Positions 11,601 to 21,300 of a stretch of DNA of 64,000 bases are shown here, piece after piece. The translations under genes and the position numbers were made by a program. The stretch spans positions 8,761,224-8,825,223 of the forward strand of contig CAJINV010000002.1 in NCBI GenBank assembly GCA_905178155.1, written 5' to 3'. The first letter of the stretch is position 1; the number at the start of each line of letters is the position of its first letter. The notes under the pieces are model-generated. The model searched no databases and was not told the DNA's origin. It was given only the letters and a program-made list of their open reading frames with translations. Origin of the DNA: Amoebophrya sp. A120 (lineage: Eukaryota > Protista > Dinoflagellata).

Positions 11601-14600
11601 GCTTGCTCTCGCTCTTTTGCGACTCTTTCTTCTTCGGCCGACGATGCGGGAGCCGGGGCCGATTTCTCGTCCTCGTCCTGGTCCTCCACTTCTAGAATCT
11701 TCCCACGAGCCACACACGAGCCGCTGGACCCAACACTCGAGCTGGTGAGCCTCCCACAGCTACCGTCCAAGCTCGTCACACTGCTGGCTTCGCTGGCGAA
11801 GAGATCCGCGCAGACGTAGCGTTCCTTAGTAGCAAGGTCTGCAGGGTCCCAGCGCAGATCCTCTGGCATCGATGTCAGCGAGCTGCTTCTTGACGGCAAG
11901 AAAAACCCGGGCGGCGTACTGGGAGCCGCGGCTTCATGATCTACTGGGGTACCTACTTCGCTGAAAGTATGCATCAACGACCGACCCCCGTTAGATGTCG
12001 TTGAGCCCTTTCCGCCGCAGCGGGTGCTTTGCGGCGACGCAGCGGGTGATGTCAGCGGGACAGAGATAGTCGAACACCGAGATACCACCTCGGGCGAGCC
12101 GTCGCAAGCACGCTCATTCCCGACGAAGCATGCCAGGGCCGCCAGCTGGAGTGTCTCCGGGCCCTTGGCACCAGCATCCGACGGGACGCTACTCGAAGCG
12201 GTGGAGCATGCGGCCAGTGACCGCGCGCTCATCTGCCGCTCAAACTGTTGAAAGCCATGGTGCATCTCAGGTTTTGGGCGGCCTTCGTCTTCTTCAGAGG
12301 CAGCTTCTGACGGTCCAGCATACGAACCGACCGGGTGATCGTCTTGTCGATCGGGTAGAAGTCGTGCGGGCGCGCCTTGGATATCTACGCCTGCTCGTGG
12401 TTTTCCTCGTCTTTCGCTGCGATAGTGCGTTGCGGCCCCTGCTCGACCACTTCTTTCCGCCGCGGCGAGCGCCATCCCTACATCAGCTCCCGGACTTTCG
12501 TCCTCGGGGGAGGCGTCCTCTGAGGAAAGCGCACTCTCTTGCGCCCCAGCCTCCCGCTCTGCACCGCTCGTCATTTCCACCAAAGACTCCAGCGTCTTCA
12601 CGCTGTTGCACCCCGGCGTGGTTTGTTGGTCCGTGTTTGGAGATGAACAAGGCGGGTGCTGGTACGGGCCGCTGTATTTTGCTGCTTTTTTCATCTGCTC
12701 TAGTGTGGCCGAATGCTGGTCCCCGCTCGTAAGGTTCATTGCAGTGTGCTCGTCTGGCTCTTTCTGCACGACCTCCTTCGGCTCTACCGCCAGCTGAAAT
12801 CGAGGGCCCCGTCCCCGCGACCTATCAAGAGTCTCGGCGGCAGCGTTTAACACACTGCTGGTGCTGCTGGGTGGGGGCGTAATCTGCCGAGTGAAAAAGG
12901 CCGGCTCTTGCTCTAGAGGGCCGCTGAAGGATATGGTAGGCCCCGCAGCTCTGGTATTCGCACAGCCCGCATTTTGAGCGCTCTGAAGTGGCTGCTTACG
13001 CAGCGCCTGCCTTCGTGTCGGCGACTTTTCTCCATCTTCGGCCGCGTACTGGTCGAAACATGGGGCTGCTGGTGCTGCTGCAGCTGCACCTTCCTCTTTT
13101 TCCGCATTACCACGTTTGCCGGCGACGTGGTGCTGGCGAATGACCTTGGCTAGTGCGTCTTTGGCTGGAACACGACCAGCGTCCCCGGGTTTTGTTGTAT
13201 CGCCCCCCGCCACTGCTGCTGCGCTCTTTCCGATTTTGCATCTACTCGACGCACTTTCGTCCTCGTCGACATGCATCTCTGCGTCTGTCATCTCCAGGTC
13301 ATCTGCAGCTCCGGAGGAAACGAACTGAGGACACGAACCGGACTTTTTGAAATTCAGCAACTCGGCCGCACACGGGGATAGGAAATTGGAGGTCCATGTG
13401 TGTCTCCTCCGCTGATCGCGCTTCACAAAAATCGAGTTGCCACTGCGGTCCGGACCTTCTTGAAGATGCTCTTTGTTTTCACGATCAGAATCTGCCTGTA
13501 CGAGATGATCTTCCGCCGTACGAACATCTTGTCCTGAGGTTCCGTGTTCTTGTTCTCCTGCGGTATGGCTTGTTCCTGGCTGGGCACGAACAACCTGTGG
13601 AAGGTGGTCAACATCTCCCGGCCCGGCTGCTGACCCTCCTGCTGCCCGCACCGCAGATGATGAAGATCCGCCTGCTCGCAGCTGACCACTCTTTGAAACA
13701 GAACAACGGCGGGAGGGAGAACATCCCAGCGTGGTGTCGAGCTTGCTCCAGTGTAGTTGCTCGCCGTTCATCACTTTGTAATTCCGTTCCGCAATGTCGT
13801 ACGCCAGAACCATCGGTTCGACGGAGAAACTCATCAGATCCTCCTTCTCCCCGCAAGCCGTCCACAATGCATGGATCACTTCGAGAAAACCCTCCACAAT
13901 GCGGTTTACGGCCGTAAACTCGGTGAAGTCGCAGCCCGGCCCCGCGCACGTGTGGCTGCAGAGCCACCGCTGGATCGCGTTCCGGAGCACACGCAGGATC
14001 GCTACTTGCTTCTTCACGATCGACTGCGCGACTGCGGTCTGCTGTTGCTGGTCGTTCGCGTCCGCATCGGGGGACTTTCTTCGTTTCTCGCGTTTCGCCT
14101 CCTTTGCCCGCGCTGCCAGAAGAACGCTGATGTGTTCCCGCAGCCGGTTGCTCCACAGCTGGAGCAAGGCTATTCGCTTCTGCTCGAGGGCCGCCGCAAT
14201 AGCGCTCGGGGGGTGGTTTCTGTGGTCCACAACGATGTTGTTTCTCTCCCGTTCCTCCTCCTCCTCGTCTAGATCGCAGTCGCTGCTGTTCGGCGCGCAG
14301 GAACTGTTCAGCGAGGAGGCAATACTGCTCGGAGAATCCGAATCTTCTTCTTCCCCTAAGAGTTCTCCTCCTTCAAAATGCTCTACTTCATCCGCTGAAT
14401 CACTAACGCGTTGTCCTCGGGGGACTCGTGTGAACCCCGATGCGCTGCGGGGTGGGCGGGACGTGGAAAGACGCAAGCTCGTGGGTCTACTTTCGTGACT
14501 ATTGATTGGCCCCAGCGGCGACCGGCTCCTCGAGCGACTGGAGATCCGCCCATTGACCAATCTTTCCGGGAAAAAATCTTGTACTTGCGTTTCCCTCATC

Positions 14601-14995
14601 GTACCGGCCTGCTGCTCCCTTGCAGTTCCCGGCGGGTCGTCAAGTTGGCTCAGAGGCACTTCTGCCGCTAAAACTTTCCGCCAGCCGTGGTGGTGAAAAA
14701 ACAATTGCAGTGCCGGGCGATTGAACAACAGCTCCGAGATGGCGAAAAAAAGTGCCATCGCATGAAAAACCACCGGAAACAGGACCAACTGCCGCTGCTG
14801 CATCTTCTTTAAAAAGGGGATGAAACGCAAACATTTGAATCTGCTCTTCCTCCACATCTTCGTAATGTGGAAGTTGTCTTCTCGCAGTACTACTACTTCT
14901 TCTCCTCGTGGTGCAGCAGGCTGAGGTGATGTAGAGGTGGTCACGGCTCTTGCTAAACGGGGAGAAGAATTCCTCCTTCGCGGAAAGACCCTCAT
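8651..14995 (-). CDS. Large low-complexity hypothetical protein (2114-aa ORF) with an N-terminal hydrophobic segment
   Basis: 6.3-kb ORF with ATG start. Hydrophobic stretch LVLFPVVFHAMALFFAISELLF near the N-terminus. The last ~30 codons look intronic. Confidence 0.75.
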   Translation of the reverse strand: MRVFPRRRNSSPRLARAVTTSTSPQPAAPRGEEVVVLREDNFHITKMWRKSRFKCLRFIPFLKKMQQRQLVLFPVVFHAMALFFAISELLFNRPALQLFFHHHGWRKVLAAEVPLSQLDDPPGTAREQQAGTMRETQVQDFFPERLVNGRISSRSRSRSPLGPINSHESRPTSLRLSTSRPPRSASGFTRVPRGQRVSDSADEVEHFEGGELLGEEEDSDSPSSIASSLNSSCAPNSSDCDLDEEEEERERNNIVVDHRNHPPSAIAAALEQKRIALLQLWSNRLREHISVLLAARAKEAKREKRRKSPDADANDQQQQTAVAQSIVKKQVAILRVLRNAIQRWLCSHTCAGPGCDFTEFTAVNRIVEGFLEVIHALWTACGEKEDLMSFSVEPMVLAYDIAERNYKVMNGEQLHWSKLDTTLGCSPSRRCSVSKSGQLRAGGSSSSAVRAAGGSAAGPGDVDHLPQVVRAQPGTSHTAGEQEHGTSGQDVRTAEDHLVQADSDRENKEHLQEGPDRSGNSIFVKRDQRRRHTWTSNFLSPCAAELLNFKKSGSCPQFVSSGAADDLEMTDAEMHVDEDESASSRCKIGKSAAAVAGGDTTKPGDAGRVPAKDALAKVIRQHHVAGKRGNAEKEEGAAAAAPAAPCFDQYAAEDGEKSPTRRQALRKQPLQSAQNAGCANTRAAGPTISFSGPLEQEPAFFTRQITPPPSSTSSVLNAAAETLDRSRGRGPRFQLAVEPKEVVQKEPDEHTAMNLTSGDQHSATLEQMKKAAKYSGPYQHPPCSSPNTDQQTTPGCNSVKTLESLVEMTSGAEREAGAQESALSSEDASPEDESPGADVGMALAAAERSGRAGAATHYRSERRGKPRAGVDIQGAPARLLPDRQDDHPVGSYAGPSEAASEEDEGRPKPEMHHGFQQFERQMSARSLAACSTASSSVPSDAGAKGPETLQLAALACFVGNERACDGSPEVVSRCSTISVPLTSPAASPQSTRCGGKGSTTSNGGRSLMHTFSEVGTPVDHEAAAPSTPPGFFLPSRSSSLTSMPEDLRWDPADLATKERYVCADLFASEASSVTSLDGSCGRLTSSSVGSSGSCVARGKILEVEDQDEDEKSAPAPASSAEEERVAKEREQARKPFFGLRLGVTAQEDTTSRAQRKTTLAAVEPESADVQLPETRFAGVGGRSSNHEEVAEPVLGTRSGVTARQAFGWLAGFAIVKDYNLSLDIGADAPKSRKKKVRHTTARSSLPVPATNLIPATKLAAAAPCTKVSRKDRQVVGGGVGRGSASEGQEDKDDILHQKTFSSQKPVEERRSCDSAVDEAFPTTTSCREDTMKKKIWALGVDLECDGDETGSDREAAMQIDADQDESKSDQKGPGADHVYVSSKKTAVTRARALARRAAGPEHHDIFRGRKFCREYEAGTMKHRHQRDPSGAADRSVSAACPVGSCREGTKGEPSALPTPLCQHTESDRSDSWSPRSRRHIRSQLTRMELRRKIQEAFLAQNATETEDKVHLEQRQMQQVDAGVDATAARENDTAREGLVLPGVIEREEVASTTCNYPDEEVDYESLTPRSFGEDGATSCSLRTRSVRSTKSGRVSFKSADGESSSAKSTAVPSSSAKSTGGASSDRRDWSPATLVETGPSTPTEGGLPLSVDQLFGPPLVELPNAEALGRARGRVPSPTPGATTTPEGSTTCASFRLPSACELPRANGAMEVACGGCVLEGRAVDVERNSSMATALALASAFVNAPVNTHSSPMSIDQAPTRTAATSGTSQQPEGKNVKEAPAYAAAAGVASAKAASTFFSLPSAAHQESLIPPEYRDFPELYVQIRQELRSFYTNRDAEFQSATQKTTQDLLREEARREKLHEDPRSPAFYHFLEQEEALEEPGLTEWWQKLEERFSILRHEHADSYNTVRKKARMLALLVFLRILRYAGFVQERVFMRDRDHEAAFAKEQGASAAAAAPGNPASGRAGSRAAKQARRERPLQQQFQHPGAPHIKPLGVSSLFPEDEEVQQDEDTRMYSFAHNLITVPCLNLFEVIYLPNFQQGLVRDNARRQVRSAREKKARGRTAEGDRKGKDQENVVGSAAYFSITRKTLSSFTILAWFVFTYFVMRGMK

Positions 14996-17900
14996 GATCG
15001 AATGTGTTCAAATGCTTCTTTGTCGGATGCGAAAAATTGACGGTGCAGTAGTGGCCAGGATTTCCAGCTCATGGTCAAGCTACCGCAGTAGAGGTTGAGA
15101 CTTTCTTGAAAGTACCCAAGTCAGCATACCGGTGCTTACCCAAAAGCAACGGATCACGAGGACTACTGCTGCTCTTTTCGAACTTCGAAGCCTTTTCTCG
15201 TTCGCTATCGTTGTTGATGTCCGCAGATGAAATTTCAGCTGCCGTTCCTCCGTCGATTACTGGCAGCGAACTTCATAAGTTGGCAACCCGTACCCGGTTT
15301 TTCAAGACACAAAAACTTATGCTAGTCTAGATAAGAATATGCTTGCGTTTTTCACAGAACGAGCTAAGATACAAGGAGTCTATCTCAGTCCCTTTGTCTT
15401 CTGCAGTGGGTGCTCGTTATTTTCGTTCGCGAATTCCAAGTCGTGGTGCTGGAAATAAAAAACGCAAATAAATATCGTACACGAGGTTCATACACACGTT
15501 TTCAGTATGTTCCTGCTATGTTCGTGCTAATGATTTATCATGGATGTATGTGTAAAAAAAGACTTTCTAAAACGGCATTTTTTTGATACGCGTTGGCCTC
15601 ATAAAAAGTTGAATTTCGGAGGCAAAAGCAAAAAAGATTTTCTCGTTCAGTCAAGACGAGAAGATGAAGCAGCAATCGATGGTCTGATAGTAGCCAACTT
15701 CCAGACACAGTTTTTGAATCGTCAATGGCTTGACGGGTAATGATCGATCGCTGCCTAACTGCTACTTCTGAACTTTCCTTGAGTACTAAAAATTATCGTA
15801 CGAGAAAAAATATACTTCGCCGCGCGGCATGAAAATACTAGAGTATAGACTGCGACTGCTCACAACTGCTCCGATACCAACAATCAGAATCTGCGGCTAA
15901 GACGCGCGCCACTCTTTCAAATAGTCGTATCCGGAGTGGAAGTTGTGGTCCAGATGAGTGTACAACTACAGAGGTACTTTAAAAACTACTTTCTTCTACT
16001 TATGTAGAACTCGTATATTGCTGTGTGGAATCAGCAGAAAAAAAATGGTTTATGTATCTTTGTTTCGGACTTCCATGACCTTGACACTGTTGATATGGGT
16101 AAACACATTGAATCCGTAGCTCGCCTAGCTGTATTCTTTTTGGATGGCGAATTCCTAAAGGTGGGGTACCCAGTTCAGACCGCTCTGGTCCGCATCGCGG
16201 TGGCCAGCGCTGCCTCGTCGTTTTCTTTTATGTAGTACTTGCTCGACGCAAAGCGCAGGCTACCCCCTGCGCGCCGACTGCGAAAATAATTGTTCGTCTT
16301 GTTCTTGCGAGTATCGATGAGGAATCGTGAGTCACATCAGTGTCAGAACTGAGACGCCGAGAAATCAAAGCCAGCTTTCGGGTCAAAAGGACACTTGTTG
16401 AGGCCATGGCCATACCTGAAATGCAAATGCGAACGCGGACAAGCGACGCAACATCTGTTAGAAAGCGCCACAGCATGCATTTTCCCCACAAACCGTACCT
16501 GACTCTGACTGTGACTCATGAGTGAATTCGATACGAATGATTCCGAATGAATGCCGCAGGTGTAGGAGTTGTAAGGCGTAGGAGTAGAGCACTTGGATGG
16601 CTGTGATATTACCCCGTGGCGCTTTACACTCTATGTAGCTCTGCCGGTGCCGCCGCTAACCACCAGAAGCAAAAAAAATTAGGGGCGCCTACAAAACAAA
16701 CTTAAATCAGGGCTGTGTATGTTTTTCTATTTTTTTATCACGATGAGCTGTCTGCTTTCTGTATGTAAAAATTTTACCGACAATATTCCGTACTACTAGT
16801 TGTACTATCCGTTTTTTGTTTACAAAGCCCGACCAGATCCATAAAACAATCCGCGAGATGTTACAACACTCGAATCTTCAATCACCCTCACCCTGCTGGA
16901 AAAAGAAGGGCGCGAAGAGATAAGGATGACGTCTATCGCTTGAAAAATGTGAGGAGCTTTACAATTGCTTCAGGTGGAAAATAGTAAAGCGCTACTCGGG
17001 CTAAAAAAATCAACACTAAATATCTATTGCTTGTCGTTCTTCTTGTAGAATCTACGAGTTGTATGATATTCTTTTTTGTCTCGATTGAAATCTCTTATAG
17101 CTCCAGCTACTGCAAACCTAAAACGGCTCGGCCAGAAACAGATGAGCGGACTGTCAGAGAAAATTTGATGTACTGCATTGAAAACTCGATAGTTCATAGA
17201 TTTTCAGAGTAGATTAGTTACATTCTTTGAGCTCAGAATTACAAGCTAGAATTAAGTTTTGAACGAGGAGGCGGACTTGCCATCAAATCGGCTACGCAAC
17301 ACTAGGGCGTTATGCTTGGTTACGTCCTCTTATGGTCCAGATAAAAATTTTTGGCTTTTGTCACTAGTGGCGAAATACAACTACGTATTCTAATATCTTT
17401 CACAGCTGCTATCGCTGCACCTTTCCAGGGTTTATATTTTCATCTTCGTTCCTCCATGGCTTTTCGTCGTGTGCCATACCAATTTCATTCAGAGTTCGAT
17501 CGGGAAAACGGGAGCTTTTCGTAAAAACGACTGCACTTTTCGCATGCAACCGCTGCCAAAGTTGAGCAGAAAATCAGGTGGCATGTTCTCGCACGATCAA
17601 CTTGACACAAGATCCTCCATGCAGACGTCAACAAAAACATCACGTATGGCTCCAAAATTCCTGAAAAAAAGAATGGATGCGCAGTTGTGAACTACAAGAC
17701 TGCAATTTTATGTTGATGCGAACACTAGTGAACAACAAACACACCATCATGAGGCCTCAATACATAGATATTTACTGTTGCTCGATGTATTCAATTCCAA
17801 CTGACAACGTTCATCTGCAGCTCGGCAATACGAATTCGGAGTGCAAGTGAAAAATGATTTATGTCCTCATGTATCGCGACGTGGAGGCGATTTGGTTTCA

Positions 17901-18323
17901 CACCGCCCTAGCAGGTGCTGAACATTTTCGAAAGGATGTCGTTGTCGGAAGCAAGAGGCAAAATACGAGGACTGGAATATCAGGCTGCCGCAAAAACAAA
18001 ACTAACACTAGGGCTGCCTTAGATAAATGACTCCTTATCTACCCGTCGGTGAGAGAAGCAACAGCTCAGCAATGGCTTCCTATGCATGTGGCGGCAATCG
18101 GAGATTTCCGTGCGGTTATAGTGCTGCACTTCAACATGTTTAAAGAACTTATGGCGAGGCACGAGGCGTACGCTGGAGATGAGTCAAAAAGTACCAGCTG
18201 ACCAGAAAAATCAGTGCAAAACAAAATTAGTGTGAGTGACAAAACTTAAAAATCCAGTCAGTTCGTTGATGCCCGACATTGGTGCGCTATATGAAGCTGA
18301 ACTTGATGAAGTTCCATTTTTTT

Positions 18324-21300
18324 TTACAACAGGTCGCTGTACTCGTAACCAAAGTGCCCGAGATGCACAAAGAAGTTTTCGTCATCTTCCTTAATCGGCG
18401 GTTCTTGCCCAAGTTCTGGCCGCATGTGCACGACACTTCTGCTGCCTACCCAATGCTCGTTTCCCCGTCCACGCTCTTTTGTCCCTGGACCGCCTGCAGG
18501 TGATGAAGGTGCAGCTGCTGCCTCTGACGTCGAAGAAGCTGATTCATCGTCGCCCTCTTCGGATGAGGCGCCGTCTGATGTGTCCTCCTCGTCTTCCATT
18601 TTCTGCAGTTCTACCGCACCACCACCGCCAGGACTAGGACCACAACTTCTTTCCGACTGCGATACTTCGGTTTCGGCGTCCGAGGTGGCGAGATCATCTC
18701 CAGGAGCATCATGTCCGAATACGTTACCGCCCCCAATCACCTGGTCGAGCAGCAGCCGGTGCCGGCTGACGATGGTCTTCATACTCGATGGTATGATCGG
18801 GATGAAAAACTCCAACGAGTACTTCATCAACCCCAAGATGCACAGCAAGAAGCAGAAATTGAACCAGTCTTCGCTCCGGCCGCCCACCTCCTGCTCAGGG
18901 TGGCTTTCTCCTGCTAAGATCGAGCTGCCATTCGACCCACTGATGCTCGGCGAGGACCCCAGTGCAGCTGCAGCACTTGATTCTGATTCAACGCTGTTCG
19001 TCGCCGCCGGAGGCTGAGACTGGCTAGCAGTACTGGGGATAACTCGGAACGTCCAGACGAGGAGTGCCGCGTTTGTCACCAACGAAAACCAGGAAACCAG
19101 CTCTAGGAGGTACAGCCACGAGCCAATTCCCACGCAGCGACGCGGAGTTGGGCGCCGGTGATACTTGAAAATCTGTTTTTAGACAAATGAATTTTGCGAG
19201 AGAGATAGTCAGCCGTTGGTCTGCATCATCCATTACCATTTATTCTACTAAACAGGTGTATACGTAGCATGAAAGAAGATCAGACCAGCTCCAATAAACG
19301 CTTTTTTCAGCACAGAAAGTTTTAGGATTTGCAAGTTGCGGTGCAAAGCACTAAATCAGACTGGTGCCAGCGAGGGTGTCATCATACGAGACCCTGAAAG
19401 ATACAATCTTGCGTGCTGGCTCCACAGAATTGTAACCACAATGTCTGTGCGTGAAAGCTACAAAAGCCCAACTGGCACCGTCATGACTCTTCAAACTGGC
19501 ATGCGTAATCACAACTAAAAAACCTCAATAAACGCATCCCAAAAATGCAAATCCAAATCAGACCAGCTCCAATAAACGCGTTTCTCAGCACCGGTAAGGC
19601 TAGCCCCCGCGAGTTGCGGCCCAGAAAGCTACTAAGACTGGTGCCAGCGAAGGTTGTCATCATATTAAATCGACAGTGACGATATGGTCTGTCGCACACA
19701 CGCGAATTACAATATACAGCCCCAAAACGGTACGGGCACATAATGACACTGCATAAACGAAATAGCAAGAATCAGACCAGCTCCAATAAACGCGTTTCTC
19801 AGCACCGGAAAGTCTAGCCCCCGGGAGTTGCGGCCCAGGAAACTACTCAGACTGGTGCCAGCGAAGGTTGTCATCATAACAAATCGAGATTTGGATTGAT
19901 GATATGGTCTATCACAATAAACATACAGCCCCACCACGGCACATAAGGACACTGCATAAACGAAATCGCCAGAATCAGACCAGCTCCAATAAACGCGTTT
20001 CTCAGCACCGGAAGGTCTAGCCCCCGGGAGTTGCGGCCCAGGAAACTACTCAGACTGGTGCCAGCGAAGGTTGTCATCATAGACATAAGAATTCAAGCTC
20101 GAAGCGACTTTCGCGTTCAAAACCCTAAAACGCAGAAAACAAATAGGACTCTCAGTACCTTGTAGCTGTCGATGCGTATTTCAATGAGCCCCAGAATCAT
20201 CGCGAAAAGGGGCGCCAGCGGAAACACGACGGAAAAAAGCGTGACATCGCCGAACAAAACCACGATCTCGACCCAATCCTCAAAAGTCCCGTCTAGCTCG
20301 TGGTCGCCGTAAGGCTGCTTATCCATCATGTCAGTGAGCAGCAGCTTCAGCGACCGCCACGGGTGTTGTTTCTTCGAAATCGATGTCGTATCCTTCACTT
20401 CCGCACCACTTTCCATCGGGGCCGCCTTCTTCCTGAGCGGACTTGTTTCCAACTCAACGGAGGTAGTAGTGCTTGCGACCTCCGATACAACAGTACAACT
20501 AGACTGCTGCTCGTCTAATGCGGTCCCCGCGACGAGCGTAGAACCAGCGTACGTTCTGCCAAAGTCCCGCTCCAAATCCCAGTCCGGCGCTCTCGGTGCT
20601 GTGCTGATGGGAACGCATGCCTTCGATTTATCACAGCTATCGCTGGTCTCGAAATGAAGCTTCACCGGCGAGAAGTGCTGCTGTTGTGCAATCGCGCCTC
20701 CAACCGGGGCGGCCACCGAGGCAACATCTTGCGGTCCTGCAGGAGCGCCGCTAGTGCGGTTGCAATCCCCTTCTTCATCAGCAGCGGTCGTCTCGGCACT
20801 ACTGCTGGTTGTGGCAGCTCCAGCTGGTGATCCACCAAACCTCCTCGACAGCTTCGCGGACACCACTGCACCTGCGGAAGAAAAGTTCGTCAAGTTGCAG
20901 TGAGTTCATATTTCCAAAAAGAAAAAAGATTGAAAGAAACAAAGTAACGCGTCCGTATTGCAAGCAGCACTCTCACGGCAGGCAAAATGAATCGTAGATC
21001 GGCAAGGACGACGGGCCAATTCCGAGTGAAGAAAAGCAAATAGAGTGGACCCAAAACAACGATGCACGCACTTCTTCGGCGCAAACCGTCTGTCAGCTCC
21101 ATGGTTTGACCCGGCAGTTTGGCCGCAGAGCGACCCTACGCAATGGCTTTTCGCAACAGCAGAGATGCTGTGCAAGAATCCAAGTATGCGCACCTGCCAC
21201 GACAAGGAATATGAAGCAGGACCGCGCAGGAGGCTTGCGCCGTCAACCACGCGATCTTTTTCTAGGACGCTACTGGAGCCGAAACACCACAGGGAGCACA

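Noticed and set aside
15000-18300. Short ORFs or an ncRNA/SL RNA in the intergenic region
   Set aside because: No coherent frame, no snoRNA boxes and no dinoflagellate spliced-leader sequence seen.
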